Assembly (NCBI GenBank): GCA_012727895.1
Contig: JAAYGG010000144.1
Span: 28,622-92,621 of the forward strand
Length of the DNA: 64,000 bases
Reading direction: 5' to 3'
From: Bacillota bacterium
Lineage (GTDB): Bacteria; Bacillota; UBA4882; UBA10575
A program made the translations under genes and the position numbers. How positions within the stretch are numbered: the first letter of the stretch is position 1; the number at the start of each line of letters is the position of its first letter. Shown in pieces: positions 1-6,960 of the stretch. The notes under the pieces were generated by a model, which was not told the origin of the DNA, did not search any database, and saw only the letters and a list, made by a program, of their open reading frames with translations.

Positions 1-1
1 G

Positions 2-142
2 ATAGGCCCCGATGAGGACGAGCACCTTTCCGTGGTCATTCACCCGCTCTCCGAGGTCTTGCGGATGATTGACGAGGGGTTGATCCTGGACGCCAAGACG
101 ATCATCGCCTTTTTCCTGGCGCAAAGAAAAGGCTTGCTCTGA
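2..142 (+). CDS. Nudix-type hydrolase (ADP-ribose pyrophosphatase-like), C-terminal fragment entering from the left edge
   Basis: The frame is open from the window edge to TGA 140-142. The translation IGPDEDEHLSVVIHPLSEVLRMIDEGLILDAKTIIAFFLAQRKGLL resembles the C-terminal region of NudF-type enzymes. It is absent from the ORF track because no start codon lies in the window. Confidence 0.4.
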   Translation: MGPDEDEHLSVVIHPLSEVLRMIDEGLILDAKTIIAFFLAQRKGLL

Positions 143-170
143 ATATATTAACTTACTGGCATATCCTCCC

Positions 171-854
171 TTGTCCTTTCATAATTATGTAACCGGGACA
201 GGGGGTGGGGATTTGCTCTCCGAATACCGGCGGGAAGCCGTGATCAGATATATAGAAGACCGTATCTTCATCTTTCTCCTGGTTACACTCATTTTTATCA
301 CCGGCATTATCGGCGGCGCGGTTGCCGTCAACGGGCTGCGGGAAGGGCAGAAACTGGAGTTAACCCAATACCTTCATCTGTTTTTTCAAGGGTTTAAGGG
401 AGAGAGCCAGCCAGCGGTGGAACTGGCGCCGGCCGGGAAGATCGTCCTTTCCCATTTGAAAACCCTTTTTCTCTTTTTTCTCTTCGGGTTCAGTGTCATC
501 GGCGCCCCGGCCATTCTTTTTCTTGTTTTCACTAAAGGTTTCATCCTCGGGTTTACCGCCGGTTTTATCTTGAAACAATGGGCGGGGCGGGGGTTTCTCT
601 TTGTCATTGCTTCTCTCCTCCCCCACCATATCCTGATTGTGCCGGCGGTTTTGATCGCGGCCGTGGCCAATATTGATTTTGCCGGCGCGCTCTTGAAAGG
701 GCGCTGGGGAAAGAAGGTCCCGTACCCGTTGGCCGGGGAATTACTGCGCTGCCTGGGGTTGAACGGCGCTTCTTTTCTTCTCCTGCTCATTGCAGGGTTG
801 GTGGAAGGGGTGCTTGCCCCGTACCTGATCTACTGGGTGGCGCGGCTTTTTTAG
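171..854 (+). CDS. spoIIM: Stage II sporulation protein M family integral membrane protein
   Basis: The ORF has about five hydrophobic helices (FIFLLVTLIFITGIIGGAVAV, FLFFLFGFSVIGAPAILFLVF, GFILGFTAGFIL, FVIASLLPHHILIVPAVLIAAV, FLLLLIAGLVEGVLAPYLIYW), matching the SpoIIM layout. It lies between a Nudix gene and xerD. TTG 213 behind GGGGGTGGGG may be the true start. CATATCCT at 160-167 resembles a sigma-E -10. Confidence 0.7.
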   Translation: MSFHNYVTGTGGGDLLSEYRREAVIRYIEDRIFIFLLVTLIFITGIIGGAVAVNGLREGQKLELTQYLHLFFQGFKGESQPAVELAPAGKIVLSHLKTLFLFFLFGFSVIGAPAILFLVFTKGFILGFTAGFILKQWAGRGFLFVIASLLPHHILIVPAVLIAAVANIDFAGALLKGRWGKKVPYPLAGELLRCLGLNGASFLLLLIAGLVEGVLAPYLIYWVARLF

Positions 855-915
855 GTGGAAAACTTTCTCTTAATTTTAAAAAAGGAATTCCCAATTAATA
901 TGTCGAAACTGAGAG

Positions 916-967
916 GAGAGAAACAGGGGGCGCGCGAGCACTTCATACGTACGCGCCGCTTTCTCTC
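916..967 (+). other. Imperfect hairpin in the spoIIM-xerD spacer
   Basis: GAGAGAAA 916-923 pairs with TTTCTCTC 960-967, and GGCGCG 929-934 pairs with CGCGCC 952-957. The 13-nt alternating tract CATACGTACGCGC (944-956) overlaps the loop and the inner 3' arm. Confidence 0.5.
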
Positions 968-1025
968 TTGCGCGCCGGATCTACGACGAGCAGCGAGAAC
1001 CAGGAGATATTCCGAGGAAAAGGGG

Positions 1026-1922
1026 TTGGCTGTCTTGTATCCTTATTTAAAAGAGTTTATTGATTATTTGGCGGTCGAGCGGGGGTTGGCTGCTAATACC
1101 CTGGAGTCATACGGCAGGGATCTCCGCCAGTACCTGGCCTATCTGACGGAAAAGAAAAAAATGACGCCGGCGGAGACAACTCCAGCCACTGTTGTCGGGT
1201 TTCTCCTCCATCTCCAAGCCAAAGGGCGCGCTACATCCACGATCTCCCGGATGCTGGCTTCGATCAAATGTTATTACCATTTTTTAGTGGCGGAGGAGAT
1301 CATCCCGAGAAACCCCACGATTAACCTGGACGCCCCGAAACAAGAGAAAAAGCTGCCGCGGATCCTCTCTGTGGAAAATGTCTTAAGACTCCTGCAACAA
1401 CCGGACCTGAAAACACCCTCGGGGATTAGAGACCGGACAATGCTGGAAGTCCTTTATGCCACCGGGCTCCGCGTTTCCGAACTGGTTTCGTTGAAGATTT
1501 CCGATGTCAATTTGGAGGAAGGATACCTTCGCTGCGTGGGCAAGGGTTCAAAAGAGAGAATCATCCCGCTGGGGTCGGAAGCGGTTAAATACTTAAAGTC
1601 CTATCTCAATCATGCCAGGAAGTTTTTGGCTTCGAATCCGGCGGAAGACGCCCTTTTCTTGAACCACCATGGGCATAGTCTTACCCGGCAAGGCTTTTGG
1701 AAGATCATCAAGAAGTACGCGGAGAAGCTGGATCTCCCCGGCTCCATAACCCCCCATACCCTCCGGCATTCCTTTGCCACTCATTTGTTGGAGAACGGGG
1801 CGGACCTCCGGTCTGTCCAAGAAATGCTGGGACATGCCGATATCTCGACAACGCAGATTTACACCCAACTCACCAAGAACAGGCTTAAAGAGGTCTACGA
1901 CAAAGCCCACCCCCGGGCGTAA
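1026..1922 (+). CDS. xerD: Site-specific tyrosine recombinase XerD
   Basis: N-terminal SAM-like domain (FIDYLAVERGLAANTLESYGRDLRQYLAYL). Catalytic region with RDRTMLEVLYATGLRVSEL, HTLRHSFATHLLENGADLRSVQEMLGHADISTTQIYT. The ORF is open from 855, but TTG 1026/1035 behind GAGGAAAAGGGG gives the usual length of about 298 aa. Confidence 0.9.
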   Translation: MAVLYPYLKEFIDYLAVERGLAANTLESYGRDLRQYLAYLTEKKKMTPAETTPATVVGFLLHLQAKGRATSTISRMLASIKCYYHFLVAEEIIPRNPTINLDAPKQEKKLPRILSVENVLRLLQQPDLKTPSGIRDRTMLEVLYATGLRVSELVSLKISDVNLEEGYLRCVGKGSKERIIPLGSEAVKYLKSYLNHARKFLASNPAEDALFLNHHGHSLTRQGFWKIIKKYAEKLDLPGSITPHTLRHSFATHLLENGADLRSVQEMLGHADISTTQIYTQLTKNRLKEVYDKAHPRA

Positions 1923-1960
1923 AGGCCATACCGGCACTACCGGCATATGCCGCTGGCTGA

Positions 1961-2045
1961 TGCCTGGGTAGTGATTCCATGGGTATGCCATGGGCGGCAA
2001 GTTCCATGGGTAATGCCATAGGCAATCCCGCAGGTATGCAATGGG
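1961..2045. repeat. Degenerate short-period repeat array (CCATGGG / GGGTAWTGCC units)
   Basis: CCATGGG occurs at 1977, 1988 and 2004. Variants are CCATAGG 2016, TGCCTGGG 1961 and GCAATGGG 2038. Spacing is 11-16 nt, and each unit is followed by TA(A)TG. Confidence 0.6.
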
Positions 2046-2080
2046 TTTTCACGCTTTAAACGCGTGATTTTATTATGGCT

Positions 2081-2106
2081 TTCTTATTTGCCCTTCTTAT
2101 TTGCCC
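2081..2106. repeat. Perfect 13-nt tandem duplication TTCTTATTTGCCC x2
   Basis: 2081-2093 and 2094-2106 are identical, just downstream of the stop of the minus-strand gene ending at 2128. Confidence 0.9.
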
Positions 2107-2127
2107 GGGTAATTATTTGTATGCAGG

Positions 2128-3168
2128 TTACTTGTGCATCAGGTAGCGGAGGAAGAAGAGTCCCCCAACTAAAGTGGTCAGGTAGTAACTGAGGAAACGC
2201 CAGATGGCCACGGAAACGGCCAAGAGGTGCTTGGGGAGGTAGAAGGAGAAGAGGGAATAGAGGCCCATTTCCGTAAATCCGCTCCCGCCGGGGATCGGGA
2301 TCAAGGAGACCAGGAAAAGAATGGCGAATTCCAGAAGAAGCAGGCGGAAGATGCGGTTGCCGATATTCACGCCGAAGCCTTTCAAAACAGCGGGGGCGAT
2401 GGAAAGGTTGATAATCCAGTAAAGAATAGTCAGGAAGATAACCCCGACCACCGGGAGAAAACGGTGGCGGAGGATCGTTCCCAGGCAACTCTGGAATTCT
2501 TGCAATTCGCAGAGAAACCGGTCAGAGATGGCCTCAGCCCGGGATCCCAGGACTTTCTGGACCAGCCGGAGGGAGAAGACCTTTTTCACCAGGATTCTTC
2601 CATAATGGGGCCGCCAGACACAGACCAGCAGGAAAACGAAGGAGAGAACCAGAAGAAATAGGAGCATGGCGTTGATGATGACTGCTAAATGCTCAATCCC
2701 CAGTTCCTTCAGGAGCCGGCGGCGGAATAAATAGAGGGCGACCGGCCCGCCAACCATGAAGAAAAGGGAGGTAAAGACCATCCGGGTGGTAACAATGGCG
2801 GTGGCCTTCCCCAGGGAGATCCCCAGGCGGTGGAAGAGGTAGACCTGGGTGGGAACGCTTCCGGAAGTAAAAGGGGTGATGTTCCCGGTAAAGAGTCCGG
2901 CCATATTAATACGGAGGATATCTGAAAACCCCACTTCCTCGCCGAGGGTTCCGGCGATTAACTTAACCCTTAGGGCTTCAACAAGCCAGGAAGCAATCAC
3001 CAGAATCAGGAGGAAAAAGATGATTTCCGGGTTAAAATAGAAAATGCTGCGCCAGGTATCAGGGGTTGCTGAATGGAAAAAAAGAAAAGTCAAGGTGCAC
3101 AAACTAAAAATCAAGGCCAAGGCAAGCCCTTTCTTTAGGAATGAAACCGACAGTTTTCCTGTTTCCAT
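2128..3168 (-). CDS. UPF0104 / lysyl-phosphatidylglycerol-synthase-TM-region family (flippase-like) membrane protein
   Basis: 346 aa with about 8 TM helices. The conserved C-terminal motif IPIPGGSGFTEMGLY and the GNITPFTSGSVPTQ segment are typical of this family. Confidence 0.6.
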   Translation of the reverse strand: METGKLSVSFLKKGLALALIFSLCTLTFLFFHSATPDTWRSIFYFNPEIIFFLLILVIASWLVEALRVKLIAGTLGEEVGFSDILRINMAGLFTGNITPFTSGSVPTQVYLFHRLGISLGKATAIVTTRMVFTSLFFMVGGPVALYLFRRRLLKELGIEHLAVIINAMLLFLLVLSFVFLLVCVWRPHYGRILVKKVFSLRLVQKVLGSRAEAISDRFLCELQEFQSCLGTILRHRFLPVVGVIFLTILYWIINLSIAPAVLKGFGVNIGNRIFRLLLLEFAILFLVSLIPIPGGSGFTEMGLYSLFSFYLPKHLLAVSVAIWRFLSYYLTTLVGGLFFLRYLMHK

Positions 3169-3465
3169 AAGAGGATCCTCCCGAAAATTAGTACGGGAAC
3201 CCCCGTGCGCGAGCCAATCCGTACCAGTGCAATAGTTGGCCTTTACTTTACCGGTTTTATGCTGACAAATATATTTTATTCTCCAAAAAACGGCTGTTTC
3301 CTCCTGGTGTTTTTTGCTGACAGTTTTCAGCCGGGGATTTGCAGGTAAATCCCTGCCTGTCCCAGGGGGAAAAGGGGAGCCCCGGGTGAAAAAGGGAAAG
3401 TAGGGACCGGATGGATAGAATAGAAAAAAAGATATATCTTAAAGAAGAACTGGAGGAGGGAGAAG

Positions 3466-4962
3466 ATGACCAGGAGCCTGCGGGTAGATGCTTATGATGA
3501 AACGGTGGAAGCCGCAGTAGCGATGGGACGCAGGGAGCAAGTGGGTTTTATCCTGAGGATTCAGGAGAAAAAAGAGCTCTTGTTCAACTTGAATAATGGG
3601 GAAACGGAAGAGATCGCCACCACTTCCCTACGGGGAATGGGGATCCAGGTCTGTACACCTGAGGGGTACACCGGATTTGCTTCTTCCGACCGGATCGACC
3701 CTTCGACCGTCACGGAGCTTTTCCAGCAAGCCTTGAAGCTGGCCAAAAGAGTCGAGGCAATGAAAGGCGAGGCCAACAAGGCGCTTTTTAGCGCGCCGCC
3801 CAACAACCGGCGGGTGGTTGTGCCCCTGAAGTACCCATACGGCTCGTGTTCATTGGCGGAGATCGAGGAACGCCTGGTGAAGTTGAATAAGAGCCTGGCC
3901 CTGGACCCCCGGCTTTCCGTCCGCACCGTCCACCGGCTGGTGGATGAAGAATGGCGGGTGGTGCGGCACGACGGGACGGATACCGCTTTCATGACACCCC
4001 GCTCCTTTATTTATAATACCTTCACCGCCCGCGAGAACGGGAAGACGGCCACTACCTACTGTAACCTGCCAGGGACCGACCTCTCGATTCTCCTGGAACC
4101 GGCGGAAACCGCCAAATTATATAAACGGTCGGTGCGTGCGGCAAGGATGGCTTTGGACCTCCTGCACGCCGGGACGGTGAAGAGCGGCTCTTACAAGCTG
4201 GTAATCGATTATGCCCTGGCCAAAGTACTGGCCCATGAGGCTTTTGGGCACGCTGCGGAGACCGACGAGATGGAAAGTTCCATCCTGGGGGAGAACGGCC
4301 GCTTGCGCCGGGGAATGGAGGTGGCCTCCCCCATCGTTTCGATAATTGACGGCCCGGTGGAAGGGGACTATGCCTACCAGCCGGTCAGCGCCAACGGCAT
4401 TGACCGGCAGACCGTCTATATCGTCCGGGACGGGATCCTCGAAGCCGGCTTGGCCGACCTCTTTTCCGCGGAGGCGGCGGGAGTCCCCGTTACTGGTGCG
4501 GGAAGGGCCGAGTCCTATCAACACCTGCCTTTGGCGCGGATGTCGAATATCCGGATCCAGGTGAAGGACCCCTGGCCCATTGAGGAAGAGTTTGAGGAGA
4601 TAACCCCGGAAAAACTCTACGAGATTATGCTCCGGACGGGCCTCATGAAAGAAGGGGAGGAGGTCTATTACCTCTCCGGTTTCAAGGGCGGCCAGGTCAA
4701 TTCCGCCGAGGGTAATTTTGTTTTTAACTGCGCCGGTATTTACCTGCTGGGGCCGGAACCCCGCCTTTACCAACCGGCCATCTTCTCCGGGAAGGTCCTT
4801 TCGGCGCTTCGGGCGGTCCGGGCGGGCCTCGGCCCGTTAAAGATTGATGCGATGGGGACTTGCGGGAAGATGGCCCAAGGGGTGCCGTCCAGCGGCGGGT
4901 CCCACTATTTCTTGGTTTTGGATAAAAACCCCGGGATTATGCTTGGAGGTGAGGGCAGGTGA
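3466..4962 (+). CDS. tldD: TldD-family metalloprotease
   Basis: 498 aa with an HExxxH zinc motif (HEAFGHAAE) and a C-terminal GxC...GGSHY region. The stop overlaps the start of the partner pmbA gene. Confidence 0.8.
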   Translation: MTRSLRVDAYDETVEAAVAMGRREQVGFILRIQEKKELLFNLNNGETEEIATTSLRGMGIQVCTPEGYTGFASSDRIDPSTVTELFQQALKLAKRVEAMKGEANKALFSAPPNNRRVVVPLKYPYGSCSLAEIEERLVKLNKSLALDPRLSVRTVHRLVDEEWRVVRHDGTDTAFMTPRSFIYNTFTARENGKTATTYCNLPGTDLSILLEPAETAKLYKRSVRAARMALDLLHAGTVKSGSYKLVIDYALAKVLAHEAFGHAAETDEMESSILGENGRLRRGMEVASPIVSIIDGPVEGDYAYQPVSANGIDRQTVYIVRDGILEAGLADLFSAEAAGVPVTGAGRAESYQHLPLARMSNIRIQVKDPWPIEEEFEEITPEKLYEIMLRTGLMKEGEEVYYLSGFKGGQVNSAEGNFVFNCAGIYLLGPEPRLYQPAIFSGKVLSALRAVRAGLGPLKIDAMGTCGKMAQGVPSSGGSHYFLVLDKNPGIMLGGEGR

Positions 4963-6281
4963 GCGTCTTTGGCGAACAGTTGCAGGAGCGCTTGAATACG
5001 CTCCTGGGGAAGCGGCTCGCTTCCGGGTTAACCCTGACCGGCTGGCGGTTTGACCTGCACGAAACGGAAGACCTGGAAGTCGGGGTGAAAAATAATAAAA
5101 TTGGCGGTCCTTATACGGCCCCGGGTTTAAAACAAGAAAGTAGCGGTGAGATCTGCCTGCATTGGGAGGATGAGAAATATACTATTGCCCGGATTGAACG
5201 GCGCGTACTCGAGGATTTCCAGGCCCACCTGGAACTCTGGGAGAAGACAGCCTACAAAGACCCGTACGGGCCGGAACTGGTCAAGCCCTATGAACCCCCG
5301 GCCGTGCCCCTGGCCCACGAAGGCGCCACGGCCATCCTGAACGGGGAGTTTACACCGGCCTTTACTTATTTGGCCGAGGGTTTGGAGATCATGACCGGTT
5401 ACGGCATAAACAAGGTGGACGGGCGGGTGAAGATCTCCCGCGACCGCCGGCTCGTGGCCAACTCGGAAGGCCTGTGGGTTGCTTACGAGCAGACGCCGGT
5501 CCAGATCTACCTGGGGGGAGACGACCTTTTCGGCGATGTTTTTGCGGAAAAACGCCTGCCGGACCAGGAGGAGTTTACCGGGCTTGCCGCTTATGCCGGC
5601 CGGACGGTTAGGGAGTTAAAGAAAAGGGCAACCCTGCCCCGGGAGGGTGAGATGGCGGTTATCTTAACGCCCAGTGTCTTTGAGGCCTTTCTTGAGCATT
5701 ACTTGCTCAGCAATTTGAGCGGCCGGTTGGTGGCCAACCGGCAGAGCGCTTTTGCGGCCCAGGATTTCCAGGAGGCAAAGAAGGTTTTCCGGGAGGACCT
5801 GACGATCAGTGTGGATGGCACCCGTCCCTACCGCTATAGTTCGTACCGGTGTACGGGGGAAGGGGTGCCCACCGGCCGTGCGGACCTGGTCCGGGAGGGA
5901 AGGCTGGTAACGCCGGTGTTGACCCTGAAGTACGCCAAGAAGTTGGGGATGGAGCCGACGGCGATTCCGGTGGCCGGCGGCTATGGGCTGGTGATTGACC
6001 TGCCGCAACGGGAGAGCTTCGATGGTTTCCTTGGGGAGTTGGAGGAGGGCCTGATCGTTTATTCCGTATTGGGCCTGCATACCCAGGATTATTCAGCCGG
6101 GAAATTTTCGCTCGTCGCGGACCAGAGCCTCCTGGTGCGGAAGGGGCAGATCCAGGGGAAGGTGGAGACGGTGATCGCCGGCGATTTCTGGCAGGTCCTG
6201 GCCAGCGAAGACACGGTTTTCCTGGATTACCCGCGGGAGGAGACGCCGGCTGTCTGTTTCCGGGCTCACGTGGCTCAGTAA
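4959..6281 (+). CDS. pmbA: PmbA/TldE-family protein (TldD partner)
   Basis: 440 aa in a TldD/PmbA-fold family that lacks the HExxxH motif. It is translationally coupled to tldD by a GTGA overlap. Confidence 0.75.
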   Translation: MSVFGEQLQERLNTLLGKRLASGLTLTGWRFDLHETEDLEVGVKNNKIGGPYTAPGLKQESSGEICLHWEDEKYTIARIERRVLEDFQAHLELWEKTAYKDPYGPELVKPYEPPAVPLAHEGATAILNGEFTPAFTYLAEGLEIMTGYGINKVDGRVKISRDRRLVANSEGLWVAYEQTPVQIYLGGDDLFGDVFAEKRLPDQEEFTGLAAYAGRTVRELKKRATLPREGEMAVILTPSVFEAFLEHYLLSNLSGRLVANRQSAFAAQDFQEAKKVFREDLTISVDGTRPYRYSSYRCTGEGVPTGRADLVREGRLVTPVLTLKYAKKLGMEPTAIPVAGGYGLVIDLPQRESFDGFLGELEEGLIVYSVLGLHTQDYSAGKFSLVADQSLLVRKGQIQGKVETVIAGDFWQVLASEDTVFLDYPREETPAVCFRAHVAQ

Positions 6282-6314
6282 AAAGCAGGATTTCGCCGGC
6301 AAGGTTGTGCATGC

Positions 6315-6381
6315 AAGCGAGCGACGAGCGATGAATAGCGGGAGGGCTAGTTCTGATGGCTCTTTGCCGGATTGCCGGCAG
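6315..6381 (+). repeat. Dispersed intergenic repeat, copy 1
   Basis: AAGCGAGCGAC (6315-6325) ... TGATGGCTCTTTGCCGGATTGCCGGCAG (6354-6381). The same two blocks recur at 55240-55296, and a diverged copy lies at 35765-35822. Confidence 0.75.
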
Positions 6382-6712
6382 ACGCGGCGTAATTAGTCGC
6401 GCGCTGCGCGCGCGTACGCATGGCTGCGTTGCTCGGTCCGGGCGGTGCTCGAAGCTGGCGAGGGCTCCAAGAAACCGGAACCAAGGAATCCGGCCGGGCT
6501 GCTAAGGCTCGGTGGGAAGGAAAACCGGGTACGTGGCTTACGGGACCTCCATGTCCCGGAAGCCACCGCGCCGCCTCCTGCGGCTTGCCCCGGTTTTCCT
6601 TCCCACCTCGCCAAGCACGCCCAGGGCCGTCTTCCCAGGCCCCGGTTTCCCGGAGCCCCCGCCAGGCGGTAGAATTTTGGCGGGGACTGTTGGCCTGCCG
6701 GCAATCCGGCAA
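6364..6712. repeat. 18-nt perfect inverted repeat pair bracketing about 350 bp
   Basis: TTGCCGGATTGCCGGCAG at 6364-6381 is the exact reverse complement of CTGCCGGCAATCCGGCAA at 6695-6712. Confidence 0.9.
6511..6607. other. Long hairpin / three-way junction
   Basis: A 19-bp perfect outer stem (GGTGGGAAGGAAAACCGGG 6511-6529 with CCCGGTTTTCCTTCCCACC 6589-6607) encloses hairpin 6533-6566 (14 bp, one mismatch) and hairpin 6570-6584 (GCCGC/GCGGC). Confidence 0.85.
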
Positions 6713-6960
6713 GGGCGCACCCCGGCGCACTGGGGTTGGGCGCCGGCCCAAGCCTGGGTTTTGTGTATGGACGGCAGGTTATGGGTTCAATATGGGGGAC
6801 AGGCGGTAAACCGCACGCAGAAGTAGTTAAGGCCGTATACTGCGGAGTGGTGAGGGGGCAATGGTGAGCCCGGGGGACGAGCAAGAAGCTGCGAGCAGGA
6901 TCTTTCTTTTCAGCGGCGAAAGAATAATGAAAAAAATACAAGGATAGTGTGGTTTTTTTG

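Larger units (their letters stand above)
6282..6948. other. ORF-free GC-rich structured non-coding island
   Basis: There is no credible start plus RBS plus protein-like translation in any frame (all are Arg/Pro/Gly/Ala-rich). The region holds nested perfect inverted repeats and many hairpins (see the separate entries). Confidence 0.7.

Noticed and set aside
855-1025. N-terminal extension of xerD (ORF track start at 855, or ATG 900).
   Set aside because: The extension has no counterpart in XerD, is Arg-rich, and coincides with a hairpin and an alternating tract. TTG 1026/1035 behind a good RBS gives the canonical length.
1026-1922. Tyrosine recombinase as a marker of a prophage or integrative element.
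   Set aside because: The sequence and the spoIIM-xerD neighbourhood are those of the chromosomal dimer-resolution XerD. There are no att-like repeats, phage genes or tRNA nearby.
1923-2127. Possible dif site next to xerD.
   Set aside because: There is no 28-bp element resembling the Firmicute dif consensus as I remember it (AT-rich central region flanked by imperfect inverted arms). The repeats here are direct and GC-rich.
3466-6281. TldD/PmbA as part of a microcin/RiPP maturation system.
   Set aside because: No precursor peptide, cyclodehydratase, immunity or export genes are adjacent. The pair is widespread as a housekeeping protease.
6282-6948. Tested the island by eye against known large or cell-wall-linked RNA classes (cobalamin riboswitch, ydaO/c-di-AMP riboswitch, OLE RNA, group II intron domains).
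   Set aside because: I could not find the conserved cores I remember: no B12 box, no ydaO ACGGGG/CCCGAA-type pseudo-symmetric core, and no OLE context with an oapA/isoprenoid gene. No class is claimed, and a covariance-model search is needed.
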